A stretch of 64,000 bases of DNA from an uncultured delta proteobacterium. Its GTDB lineage: Bacteria; Desulfobacterota; Desulfomonilia; UBA1062. The position numbers and the translations under genes were made by a program. This document shows positions 41,885-51,633 of this stretch, one piece after another. The DNA is taken from NCBI GenBank assembly GCA_963752595.1, contig CAVVYZ010000001.1:320001-384000 (forward strand), written 5' to 3'. The notes beneath the pieces were generated by a model. That model was not told the origin of the DNA. It worked only from the letters and a program-made list of their open reading frames with translations, and made no database searches. The first letter of the stretch is position 1, and each line of letters begins with the position of its first letter.

Positions 41885-42856
41885 TTATTTCCCGTTGCTC
41901 GAGTGGTCCTGGGAGTCGGATCTGGGGTCTTTCAGTGTTCCCTGCAGGAAAGAGGTATAGATGTGTGCCGTCTCTTTCGGGATTTCGAGCATGGGCATAT
42001 GCCCGCAGTCTCTGAAAATGACGGTTTTGATCTGAGGAATTCCCTTTTCAAAGACACTGACGGTCGAGATGTGGATTATCCTGTCCTTATCACCCCAGAA
42101 GAGAAGGACCGGCATGGTGAGGTTTTCGAAGTAGTTGGCGATGTCCAGCCTGTTTTCCCAGACATCGTTCCATAATTTTTGATTGAACTCACTGCGCTCC
42201 ATGTACTTCTCGGCCAGTACTGTGCGGGCGGGCCAGGGCATGAAAGGCTGCTTGTGAAATCCGTACGTCAGCAATTCGTCAAACTCGGCCTTTGTTTTGG
42301 GAACAAGGGGATTTACCCCGCGCATCAAGGCAAGCTCGCGGTCGCTCGGCTGGGGAGACTTGGCGCCGGCAGGATCGATAAGGCAGAGCGACAGCACCTT
42401 TCCCGGGTGGTCCGAGCTGTAGAGAGTGCCCACATATCCGCCCATGGAATTTCCCACCAGGTGAAAACGATCTAAATGCAGTGCAGTTACCGTATCGGCA
42501 AAGCCATCGGTGATGTAATCGATCGAATAGGTTGTCTTGAGATCCCTGGCATTGTCACCGTGCCCCGGGAGATCGACTGCGATAATGCGGTACTCTCTGG
42601 GGATATACCGTGCAAACCTGACCCAGTTGTCCTTATCTGCACCAAAACCGTGCAGCATCATAATCGTCTCTCCAGAACCCGGGCGTTCAAGGTAGGAAAC
42701 GGGAAGCTTGCCTACCTGAATGGTCTTCGGTTCGAGCTTTGAGAGCTTCCGCTCCAGGGAAAGGCCTGAATCGAAAAGAGACTGTCTGAACCCGGCGCAC
42801 CCGCAAAGAGATACTATTACGCACAGGGCAATAAACGTGCAGATCCTTCTACGCAT
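41885..42856 (-). CDS. Lipoprotein alpha/beta hydrolase (lipase/monoacylglycerol-lipase-like)
   Basis: Lipobox-like SLCGC, HGFGADKDNW, GNSMGG, WGDKD, CGH. Confidence 0.88.
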   Translation of the reverse strand: MRRRICTFIALCVIVSLCGCAGFRQSLFDSGLSLERKLSKLEPKTIQVGKLPVSYLERPGSGETIMMLHGFGADKDNWVRFARYIPREYRIIAVDLPGHGDNARDLKTTYSIDYITDGFADTVTALHLDRFHLVGNSMGGYVGTLYSSDHPGKVLSLCLIDPAGAKSPQPSDRELALMRGVNPLVPKTKAEFDELLTYGFHKQPFMPWPARTVLAEKYMERSEFNQKLWNDVWENRLDIANYFENLTMPVLLFWGDKDRIIHISTVSVFEKGIPQIKTVIFRDCGHMPMLEIPKETAHIYTSFLQGTLKDPRSDSQDHSSNGK

Positions 42857-42968
42857 GATGACCTCCTCAATCGAAAAACATGGTTATCATATCAGATTAC
42901 AGAGCTTTTGATATTTTTTCCAGAGCTAAATGCTTAAAGTTCCACCAGGAATTCATTCAGATGATACT

Positions 42969-43058
42969 CCTTAAGCTTGGCTTAAGGGGTTCCCACTTTT
43001 TCCTCTCCACTCGGGGAGAGGATACAGGAGAGGGGGCTTGCTTAAGGGGTACTTCATT
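42969..43058 (-). repeat. REP-like palindromic element, copy 2 (inverted relative to copy 1)
   Basis: CCTTAAGCTTGGCTTAAGGGGT (42969-90) is the reverse complement of 37155-76. CGGGGAGAGGATACAGGA (43012-29) is the reverse complement of 37097-114. Confidence 0.7.
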
Positions 43059-43106
43059 GCAATGAGGGAGGAGCTATCGCCCGGTTCCCACTGTGAAACA
43101 TAACTG

Positions 43107-43754
43107 TCAGATAGATTTAAGGATTTGCTTCAGGAAAGGGCTGATCTCTTCGAGGGCGGCATGGTATTTCCCTCCGTACGAATGTCCAGGCCAGATGGTC
43201 GTATCTCCGGGAAACTTGAGTATCCGCTCAATGCTTTTCCTGATGGCCCCGAGATTCCCGCCCGGGATGTCTGTCCGTCCGATGCCCTCAACGAATACCG
43301 TATCTCCGGTTATGAGATTCCCGGGCCAGGAGAGGCAGATCGATCCAGGAGAGTGCCCGGGAGTATGGAGTACCCTGATGGATGTTTTGCCGAGAAGGAG
43401 GTCTTCTCCTTCGGAAAGTATAAAGGATATCTTCGGGGGTATCCGTGCAGTAAACACTGCTGCCAGTGACGAATTGGCGATCCTCTGGAAAAGCCCTCCT
43501 TCGTCGTTATGGGCCAGGATGGGCACTCTGCCGGAAAAAAGGTGGTTGCCCATAGTGTGGTCCGGATGGATGTGGGTATTGATAACTGCCTTGATATTCA
43601 GGGTGTCTATGTCAATCTGAGAGCGCATATCGGCCGGGGGGTCGATGACGAAACACTCGGAGGACTCGCTGTCCGTAATGATATAGCTCAGCAGGGCGAA
43701 TGAAGTGCTTGCGATCTGTCGGATATCCAGCATCCTGATGCGGCCTCTATTCAT
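43107..43754 (-). CDS. MBL-fold metallo-hydrolase (glyoxalase II-like)
   Basis: THIHPDH, TPGHSPGS, TGD, GRTD, PGH. Confidence 0.88.
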   Translation of the reverse strand: MNRGRIRMLDIRQIASTSFALLSYIITDSESSECFVIDPPADMRSQIDIDTLNIKAVINTHIHPDHTMGNHLFSGRVPILAHNDEGGLFQRIANSSLAAVFTARIPPKISFILSEGEDLLLGKTSIRVLHTPGHSPGSICLSWPGNLITGDTVFVEGIGRTDIPGGNLGAIRKSIERILKFPGDTTIWPGHSYGGKYHAALEEISPFLKQILKSI

Positions 43755-44256
43755 CCCTCGTGGAGGAGATGATCCTGTGGAACACCGGCATCAGAAGCGT
43801 TGCGAGCACAGTGCTCCCGGCTGCCTGGAGGATGTTTGCAGGCAGCTCCGCCAGAGCCGCTTTCTGGTCGTACATGATCGTCTCGGCCACGAAGTAGCCG
43901 AGGACCATCCACGCCGTTGCCAGGATGAAACACAAGACGAGCTTGACCGTTATCCTGTCCCTGCGCACCAGGAGGACGCTTACCGCGGCTGTTACGATCA
44001 GAGCTTCGATCCCTTTGATCAGCAACGTCCACAAGGCCCACTGGGGATAGCCTCCCAGGATATCGGCCAGAGCAGACCCGATGCCCCCTGCGATAAATCC
44101 TCCCACTGGGCCGAAAAAGAGGGCGGCCATGAGAACCATGCTGTCGCCGAGATTCAGATATCCGTTCGTCTGGGGGATGGGAACGCGCACGATCATGGTG
44201 GAAACGGCAACAAGTGCGATGAAGAGTGCCAGAAGCGCAAAATCGCGAATCTTCAT
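43747..44256 (-). CDS. ECF transporter S component
   Basis: GYLNLGD, GIGSALAD, IKGIE; 5-6 TM helices. Confidence 0.88.
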   Translation of the reverse strand: MKIRDFALLALFIALVAVSTMIVRVPIPQTNGYLNLGDSMVLMAALFFGPVGGFIAGGIGSALADILGGYPQWALWTLLIKGIEALIVTAAVSVLLVRRDRITVKLVLCFILATAWMVLGYFVAETIMYDQKAALAELPANILQAAGSTVLATLLMPVFHRIISSTRDE

Positions 44257-44258
44257 TC

Positions 44259-45656
44259 TTAAGCCTCCATATACGCCAAGGCCTTTTTCAGCCGGGGGAT
44301 TACCCGTTCTTTGCCCAAGGTCGAGATGATCTCGAATATCCCCGGGGACACGGTCTTGCCGGTCAGGGCAATCCTCATGGGCTGGGCCATGACCTTGAAT
44401 TTCATTCCCGTCTCATCAAGGATAGCTTTGACTGCTTCCTCAGCCTGCGTTTTCTGCGAAAGATCGATCTTTTCAAAACGGTCTATGAGCGACCTGAAGA
44501 CACCTGCAAGCTCCGGCTTGAAGAATCCGGACTTGAGCTCTTCTGGAGGCTCTTTCTCCATGAAGTAGAAGTCGCCGAATTCGATGATCTCTTCGAGTGT
44601 CTTTGTCCGCTCCCTGACGTCCTGGACAACCTTTTCCAGGTATGCATGATCGGGCACCTCATACCCCTTGGCCCTGATGAAATCGGGAATAAGGCCTGCT
44701 ATCCTGTCAGGATCGCCGGTCTTGATATAGTGATGGTTGAGCCAGAGGAGTTTCTCCGGGTTGAATACCGCAGCGCTCCTGCCCACATCGTGGATGTCGA
44801 AGAACGATATGAGCTCGTCGCGGGTAAAGATCTCCTGATCCCCGTGGGACCAGGAAAGCCTGACCAGATAATTGACCAGCGCCTCAGGGAGGTATCCCAT
44901 ATCTTTGTATGCCGTGACCGAGGTGGCCCCGTGGCGCTTGGAAAGGCGGGTTTTGTCCGATCCCAGGATCATCGGCACATGGGCGAAGACCGGGATGTCG
45001 AATCCGAGTGCTGCGTAGAGCTGGACCTGCCTCGGCGTATTGTTCACGTGGTCGTCTCCCCTGATGACATGGGTGATGTTCATGTCGGCGTCGTCGATGA
45101 CCACGGTCAGGTTGTAAGTAGGCATGCCGTCCGACCTGATGAGGATGAGATCGTCGAGCTCGGAATTGTCAACCGTTATCCTGCCCTTGATCATGTCGTC
45201 AAACGAGGTAACGCCGGAGGGGGGCAGGTTGAAGCGCACCACCCTTCCCGGGCCCGGGCCGAGGCCTTTGCTCCTGCAGGTACCGTCATATTTCGGTTTT
45301 CCGCCCTTTCCCAGCGCGATCTTTCTCCGCTCTTCAAGCTCCTCAGGGGTGCATTCGCACCAGTAGGCCTTACCCTCGTCAAGGAGCTTATTTACATAGG
45401 ACCGGTAGAGGTCCAGGCGCTCCGACTGATAGAAAGGCCCCTCGTCCCAGTCGAGGCCGAGCCACTCCATGGCGTCGAGGATCTGGCGGCTCGATTCGTC
45501 CGTTGAGCGCTGGGCATCGGTGTCTTCTACCCTCAGGATAAAGGTGCCGCCTGTGTGCCTGGCATAGAGCCATGCGAAGAGTGCCGTACGGGCTCCGCCG
45601 ATGTGGAGGTACCCGGTCGGCGAAGGGGCGAATCGCGTTCTTACGTTTTTTGTCAT
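44259..45656 (-). CDS. gltX: Glutamate--tRNA ligase
   Basis: RFAPSPTGYLHIGG, IRGDDH, RLSKRHG. Confidence 0.96.
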   Translation of the reverse strand: MTKNVRTRFAPSPTGYLHIGGARTALFAWLYARHTGGTFILRVEDTDAQRSTDESSRQILDAMEWLGLDWDEGPFYQSERLDLYRSYVNKLLDEGKAYWCECTPEELEERRKIALGKGGKPKYDGTCRSKGLGPGPGRVVRFNLPPSGVTSFDDMIKGRITVDNSELDDLILIRSDGMPTYNLTVVIDDADMNITHVIRGDDHVNNTPRQVQLYAALGFDIPVFAHVPMILGSDKTRLSKRHGATSVTAYKDMGYLPEALVNYLVRLSWSHGDQEIFTRDELISFFDIHDVGRSAAVFNPEKLLWLNHHYIKTGDPDRIAGLIPDFIRAKGYEVPDHAYLEKVVQDVRERTKTLEEIIEFGDFYFMEKEPPEELKSGFFKPELAGVFRSLIDRFEKIDLSQKTQAEEAVKAILDETGMKFKVMAQPMRIALTGKTVSPGIFEIISTLGKERVIPRLKKALAYMEA

Positions 45657-47578
45657 ATCTGCCTCTGTATCGTGGATTTGATGTAATTGAGCAGGCCGCC
45701 TTCTTTCAGGATTTCCCGCTCCCTGTCCGTTACCTGGACCAGGCAGTCGAGCTTCTGCCCGCTTCCGGTCTCCCGAACCTCGATGCCTTCCTTGCCTTCC
45801 AGGGCCAGCAGGATACCGGAAATCCTGATCCGTGCGCCCTTACCCAGGAGCACATAGGCCTTTTCGCCGATAGTGACGGGCAGTATCCCGAAGTTGATGA
45901 GATTCGACCGGTGGATCCGTGCAAAGGACCTGGCGAGGACGGCTTTGATGCCGAGGTACATGGGCGCCAGCGCGGCGTGCTCCCGTGATGAGCCCTGGCC
46001 GTAATTCTCCCGGGCAAGGATGCATCCCGACCCGGCCTTCTTCGCATGAGCGGAAAAGTCAGGGTCGATGCCGAAGAATACATACCGGGAGATGGCTTCG
46101 ATATTCGACCTTAAGGGAAGGATCTTTGCGCCTGCCGGCATGATATCGTCAGTGGTGATGTTGTCCTGAAGCTTGAGCAGGACCTCGAGTTCGAGACTGT
46201 CTTCCATGGGCCCGCGCTTGGGCAGGGGCCTGATATTCGGCCCCCTGACGATCTCCGCCTTCACCCCTTGGGGGTCGGGAGGGATGATCATGGAGTCATT
46301 GAGAGAAAACCTCTTCGGCAGCTTGACCTGCGGGTAGCTGCCCAGCTCCTCCGGATGGACGAAGCAGCCTTTCAGAGCGCACGCAACAGCGACTTCCGGC
46401 GAGGTGAGGTAAACGCCTGCACTCTCGGTACCGGATCTCCCGAAGAAGTTCCGGTTGAAGGTCCTTACCGATACAGCATCCGTTTTCGGTGACTGCCCCA
46501 TGCCGATGCATGGGCCGCATGCGCTCTCCAGGATTCGGGCACCCGACGCGATGATATCCGTCAGCGATCCGTTCCCGGCAAGCATGGAGAGCACCTGGCG
46601 GGAGCCCGGAGCGATGCCGAAGCTTACATCCGGGTGAATCTTTTTGCCTTTGAGAACCGAGGCAACCGTCATAAGGTCCTTGAGCGAAGAGTTCGTACAG
46701 GAGCCGATGAGCACCTGATCGACCTTTTTGCCTTTGAGGTCACGTACAGGGACCACTTTGTCCGGGCTGTGCGGGCATGCAGCCATGGGTTCGACTGTTG
46801 CAAGGTCGATCTCCATGACTTCGTCGTATACGGCATTCCTGTCGGCAGTGAGGCGCTTCCAGTCGTGCTTTCTTCCCTGGGCAGCAAGAAAACTCCTGGT
46901 GATCTCATCGCTCGGGAAGATGGATGTCGTTGCCCCGAGCTCGGCGCCCATATTGGTGATCGTCGCCCGCTCCGGCACGCTTAAGCTCTTTACCCCTTCT
47001 CCCGTGTATTCGAATATTTTTCCTACACCGCCCTTGACCGTTACCCTCCTAAGGACTTCGAGGATGATGTCCTTGGCGCTTACCCATTTCCGGAGCCGGG
47101 AGGTAAGGATGACACCCACAACCTTGGGCTTCGGGATGGAAAAGGGCATGCCTGCCATGGCCGAAGCGACATCAAGGCCGCCTGCGCCGATGGCCAGCAT
47201 CCCGATACCGCCTGCAGTCGGGGTATGGCTGTCCGATCCGAGCAGCGTCTTGCCGGGCATCCCGAACCTTTCCAGGTGCACCTGGTGGCAGATCCCGTTG
47301 CCCGGCCGGGAAAAGTAGATGCCGTACTTGCGGGCCACATCCTGGAGAAACCGGTGGTCATCGGCATTCTCGAACCCCGACTGGAGGGTGTTGTGGTCAA
47401 CATAACTCACCGAAAGCTCGGTCTTCACCTTCTCGATACCGATGGCCTCGAATTCCAGATACGCCATGGTCCCGGTCGCATCCTGGGTCAGGGTCTGGTC
47501 TATTTTCAGCGTGTACTCCCGATCGTTCTGTTCGACCAGATGCGCTTCGATTATTTTCCGTGTGAGTGTCTTTGCCAT
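45653..47578 (-). CDS. Aconitate hydratase (short, Aquifex-like type)
   Basis: QDATG, GSDSHT, GSCTN, CGPCIG, RTFNRNF, NYGQGSSREHA. Confidence 0.9.
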   Translation of the reverse strand: MAKTLTRKIIEAHLVEQNDREYTLKIDQTLTQDATGTMAYLEFEAIGIEKVKTELSVSYVDHNTLQSGFENADDHRFLQDVARKYGIYFSRPGNGICHQVHLERFGMPGKTLLGSDSHTPTAGGIGMLAIGAGGLDVASAMAGMPFSIPKPKVVGVILTSRLRKWVSAKDIILEVLRRVTVKGGVGKIFEYTGEGVKSLSVPERATITNMGAELGATTSIFPSDEITRSFLAAQGRKHDWKRLTADRNAVYDEVMEIDLATVEPMAACPHSPDKVVPVRDLKGKKVDQVLIGSCTNSSLKDLMTVASVLKGKKIHPDVSFGIAPGSRQVLSMLAGNGSLTDIIASGARILESACGPCIGMGQSPKTDAVSVRTFNRNFFGRSGTESAGVYLTSPEVAVACALKGCFVHPEELGSYPQVKLPKRFSLNDSMIIPPDPQGVKAEIVRGPNIRPLPKRGPMEDSLELEVLLKLQDNITTDDIMPAGAKILPLRSNIEAISRYVFFGIDPDFSAHAKKAGSGCILARENYGQGSSREHAALAPMYLGIKAVLARSFARIHRSNLINFGILPVTIGEKAYVLLGKGARIRISGILLALEGKEGIEVRETGSGQKLDCLVQVTDREREILKEGGLLNYIKSTIQRQI

Positions 47579-47820
47579 TTCAGCTCCCGACTCTATAGTG
47601 TTCCCTCTCTCTAATGGATGAACAACGTTTAAGTCAAGACCCCCTCATGGAATTTTCCTCTTGTCATTATGGTACGGGAAACTATTGCCGGGAATATGGA
47701 TGCTTAGTGGTTGAAAGCATTCGGTTCATAAAACAGAATGATAGATAATTGTTAAAGATATCCTCACCAGGCAACCGATAATGGATACGAGAATAGATTC
47801 AATGCGAATAGGGGGAGTGC

Positions 47821-49368
47821 ATGGGTGACAAAAGGCTGATGGGCGAAATCCTGGTAGAGCTGGGCCTCATCGATGAATACAGACTCAGGCATGCGCTGGA
47901 GACCGCGAAGCGAGAGGGAATAAAGCTCGGAGAGGCCCTTATACGGTTGGCCTATCTCGGCGAGGACCAGATCCTGGATATTCTGAAAAACCTGACGAGC
48001 GTTCCGACGCTCAACATGAGGCAGACCGTTATAAAAAAGGATGTCCAGACGATCATGCCCCCTGACCGGATGAGGGTGATGAAGGTTCTCCCCATCGAGG
48101 TGAATGACAAGGTTGCCACGGTGGCTTTTGCCGACCCCCTGAATTATATGGTTGTCGAGAACGTCAAATTCATCATCAACAAGGACGTTGTCCCGATGCT
48201 GGCGACGCAGTTTCAGATTGACGATATCCTCGATCATCTGGACCGGCTCGGCTACGGGACCAAGCAGCTTACACTCTCAACGGTAAGGAGGAGTATTTCC
48301 ACCGTTACGGTCAATGAGATGAAGCCTTCGAATATGATAAGGCTCCTGGACGCCCCCGAAAGTACAGACCTTCATATCTCTCTGGGAACTGCACCGGCCG
48401 TCAGAGCCGGTGGTGTATTCAAACGGAGCAACCTGCCGATCGTAACACCCGGCATGATGTATGAGTTCGTCAAAGAGGTGCTTCCAGAGGAGCATATGCA
48501 GGAGCTCGAGGACAAGAAACAGGTAGAATTCACCTACCTGAAGCCCGGCATCGGCAGATACCGTGTGAACATCTATTACCAGAAGGGTGGGGAAATCGCA
48601 GTGGCGATAAAAAAACTGGTGGAGGATATCCCGTCTGCAGCATCACTGGGCCTGCCCGAATCACTCATCTCTTTGCTGGACAGAAGGGGGCTCCTCGTGG
48701 TGAGCTCTGCACGGGGGCAGGGTAAGGATACGACTATAGCGGCACTGGTCGACCATATCAACTCCACGAAGAGCTGCAACATCATTACCTTTGAGGATCC
48801 CATCGAGTACATTCACCATCATAAAATGTCCAATGTGAATCAGCGTGAGCTGGGAAGGGATACCGACAAGAATCTCGAGGAGGTCTTTGATCGCGTCACC
48901 AAGCACGACCCGGATGTTCTCATAATCTCCCACATCAAGGAAAAGTTCATGATGGAAGCCGCTGTCCTTGCAGCTCAGAAGGGCATCCTCGTGATCGTGG
49001 GTCTCTCTGCAATCGATGTGTTCAGCGCTATAGAGCAGATCATAACGACACTCTCAGATGATTACATGAAGATGCTCTTCTCCCGTTCCCTGCTCGCCGC
49101 CTTTGCGCAGAGGCTCATATGGTCCAAAGGCTCGAAAAAGAGGGTCCTGGCTTGGGAGCATCTCCTGGCAACGCCGAGAATCCAGAAGTATATCAGGGAT
49201 GACAAGGTATACTATATTAAAGGCCAGGCACCGTCGTTACGGGGCGAGTATTTCCCTATCGAGGAGAGCCTTGCAAGGTCGGTAAAAAAAGGCCTGATAA
49301 GTGAGGATTCCCTCAGGACGGAATCCTGGGTAAATCAAGATGTAATCAAGGCTTATCTCGAGCGGTAA
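47821..49368 (+). CDS. MshEN/T2SSE_N domain fused to a PilT-like ATPase domain with degenerate catalytic motifs
   Basis: MGEILVELGLI...KLGEALIRL; AFADPLN; TDLHIS, GRYRVNIY, TFEDPIEY, QRELGRD. Walker A is SARGQGKDTT and Walker B is DPDVLIISH. Confidence 0.8.
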   Translation: MGDKRLMGEILVELGLIDEYRLRHALETAKREGIKLGEALIRLAYLGEDQILDILKNLTSVPTLNMRQTVIKKDVQTIMPPDRMRVMKVLPIEVNDKVATVAFADPLNYMVVENVKFIINKDVVPMLATQFQIDDILDHLDRLGYGTKQLTLSTVRRSISTVTVNEMKPSNMIRLLDAPESTDLHISLGTAPAVRAGGVFKRSNLPIVTPGMMYEFVKEVLPEEHMQELEDKKQVEFTYLKPGIGRYRVNIYYQKGGEIAVAIKKLVEDIPSAASLGLPESLISLLDRRGLLVVSSARGQGKDTTIAALVDHINSTKSCNIITFEDPIEYIHHHKMSNVNQRELGRDTDKNLEEVFDRVTKHDPDVLIISHIKEKFMMEAAVLAAQKGILVIVGLSAIDVFSAIEQIITTLSDDYMKMLFSRSLLAAFAQRLIWSKGSKKRVLAWEHLLATPRIQKYIRDDKVYYIKGQAPSLRGEYFPIEESLARSVKKGLISEDSLRTESWVNQDVIKAYLER

Positions 49369-49518
49369 CCCGAGAAGATTCCATGGGTATACGGTAAGAA
49401 ACGAGGGCTCATTCACCACAAATTTTTGCTTGCATCGCAAATTCCAATAGTGTATTTAATGAACCATGATTCAGAATAATTCTCTGAATTCATAATAAAA
49501 AACTCTAAGGAGTGTGGG

Positions 49519-49881
49519 ATGAGCAGATTAATGACCTTTGTTTCTGTTGCCTTTATGGTGTTCGCAGTATCCAGTGTTGCTTTTGCTGCCGATGGAGCAG
49601 CAGCAGGGTATACGGATTGGGCTAAGGTAATCTTCGTCGCAGTATCGGTCATCGCAGCAGGCCTCTGCATGGGTCTTGGTACCGTGGGTCCAGGCCTCGG
49701 AATGGGTCAGGCAACTGCAGGTGCGAGCGAGGCAGTCGGCCGCAATCCTGAAGCTCAGGGTAAAATCATGCTTACCATGATGGTTGGTCTTGCTATGACA
49801 GAGTCCATCGCAATCTACGCCCTCGTTGTAACCCTTATCATCCTCTACGCAAACCCCTTCAAAGCAATTATAATGGGTTAG
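49519..49881 (+). CDS. atpE: F0F1 ATP synthase subunit c
   Basis: [17 protein letters not shown] loop, [13 protein letters not shown]. Confidence 0.93.
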   Translation: MSRLMTFVSVAFMVFAVSSVAFAADGAAAGYTDWAKVIFVAVSVIAAGLCMGLGTVGPGLGMGQATAGASEAVGRNPEAQGKIMLTMMVGLAMTESIAIYALVVTLIILYANPFKAIIMG

Positions 49882-50078
49882 GAAAAGCGGTATCGATGAT
49901 CTCAAAGGAGCCTACATACATCAGTGCACTATTTTTGCTTCAACGAAATGGTGCGAGTGGGGGGTACGCGGCTCGCATTGCTTTGGGATTCCAGATGAAT
50001 AGTTTTTCTTAGGTGATAAGATGAACATGGTGGGTTATCGCTACACAAGCGGTTGCATAAGACGTTCAGGAGATTGAT

Positions 50079-51386
50079 ATGGACCAGGAAGCAAAAACTA
50101 ATTTTAGTTTTGCCAGTATTGCCGTAAGCTTTTTCATCCTCATCGTGCTTCCCCTTACTATCACCGGTGTCATTATCAGCAAGGGGGTTGTCAAGGTGGG
50201 CGAGGAGGCGACACAGGCAAACTTGCGCATTCTCGACGATAGTCAGAAGCTGTCGATAGGAGGGCGTGCTCAGAATATAGCGGATGCAGTCGCTCAGTTC
50301 CTCTCCGACACGGAAAAGGACATCCGGATAGCTTCGATACTTCCTCGGGATGAGAACGCATACACCACCTTTCTCAGATCCAACAGCAGAGGTGTCGTCA
50401 ACGCATCCAATGTCGGGATCGTGAAAATACCCGTTCCCGTATTCAGGGAGATCGCCTTCTTGAACAAAACAGGGATGGAAGTGCTGAAGGTCACTGCCCA
50501 GGGCGTGGCTCCGAAAGAGAATTTGCGTGACATGTCCAATCCGGCCAACGGAGAATTTGGATCCGAAGACTACTTCCAGATGGCCAAGGTTATGGCCCCA
50601 GGTGAATTCTACATGGGTCCGGTGGTCGGCCGCCATGTGAACAAAGCCGAATTCGACGGCGGAAAGAGATTTGACGGCATTATCCGGATGGCAGCCCCGG
50701 TATTCGATTCTCAGGGGTTTGCAGGAGTTGTCGAACTTGCTTTAAACGTAGTACATATAAGTGAATTTACAGATCATATCATACCTACGGAACCCGGGAT
50801 GGTTTATGCCCAGGTTAATCCGGAGAACATGGATTATTCGTTCATGGTAGATCGGAACGGAAATATCATTGCTCATCCCAGCGATTACCTTATCCCGGGG
50901 CTGGATCAGAATATGAAGCCGGTTCCGGTTTTGGATGAGCAGAATTATAAAGAGCTTTCCCAGGCCGGCGAGGGCGGCATGAACATACTGAAGATGGGAT
51001 TCCTCGACGAGAACCTTCCCAAGATTCATGCACTCGCCGCTGAAGGCAAAGCCGGATCATTAACCTATACCGTTGATGACAAGCGGATCTTCATGGCTTA
51101 TGCACCCATCCCCTTCTATGGCAACGGATATGCCAAGCCGCAGGGGTTCGGTTGGGTCGGGATGATGGTTGATATCGATAAATATCATCACTTGAGCCAG
51201 GAAAGGGTCAAGGAGATCCAGGATAAGGTTCAGAGATGGCAGAAGTCCAGTATCGTTGTGGTATTCGTATCACTCATCCTCCTCTTTGCCATAGCACTGA
51301 TACTTGCAAGAGGGCTCTACAGATCCATTCAGAGCGCACGACGTGCCGAAGAATCAAGGCCTCGTAAGGACGACGACGAAGATTAG
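50079..51386 (+). CDS. Membrane-anchored Cache-domain protein with no cytoplasmic output domain
   Basis: TM, then EDYFQ...YMGPV...MAAPVF..GVV, YSFMVDRNGNIIAHP, AYAPI..GW, second TM, then a charged tail of about 24 aa. Confidence 0.75.
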   Translation: MDQEAKTNFSFASIAVSFFILIVLPLTITGVIISKGVVKVGEEATQANLRILDDSQKLSIGGRAQNIADAVAQFLSDTEKDIRIASILPRDENAYTTFLRSNSRGVVNASNVGIVKIPVPVFREIAFLNKTGMEVLKVTAQGVAPKENLRDMSNPANGEFGSEDYFQMAKVMAPGEFYMGPVVGRHVNKAEFDGGKRFDGIIRMAAPVFDSQGFAGVVELALNVVHISEFTDHIIPTEPGMVYAQVNPENMDYSFMVDRNGNIIAHPSDYLIPGLDQNMKPVPVLDEQNYKELSQAGEGGMNILKMGFLDENLPKIHALAAEGKAGSLTYTVDDKRIFMAYAPIPFYGNGYAKPQGFGWVGMMVDIDKYHHLSQERVKEIQDKVQRWQKSSIVVVFVSLILLFAIALILARGLYRSIQSARRAEESRPRKDDDED

Positions 51387-51420
51387 CTTAAACGTCTTCA
51401 TCTGAAACGTAACGACTCGA

Positions 51421-51457
51421 AAGAGATGGCGGTAAACAAAACCGCCATCTCTTTTTT
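51421..51457 (+). terminator. Intrinsic terminator
   Basis: AAGAGATGGCGGT-AAACAAA-ACCGCCATCTCTT followed by a T-run. Confidence 0.85.
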
Positions 51458-51633
51458 ATTCAGTAATGAGACATCCCGCGGACCCCTCATATGAGACCTG
51501 GAATTTTCCAGTAAAGTAAATTGCTAGTAAAAATAATAGAATATATTAATTTTATTGCTTGCCGTATTATTGACATGCCTATGAAATTCTGATTTAGTAC
51601 ATCAGCTTAATAGACTTAGGGAGGCAGCATTTC

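Noticed and set aside
49949-49980. TGGTGCGAGTGGGGGG resembles the reverse complement of a tRNA-Leu 3' end (possible att remnant)
   Set aside because: Only about 16 nt, with no T-loop or cloverleaf and no integrase nearby. It is explained equally well as a hairpin downstream of atpE.
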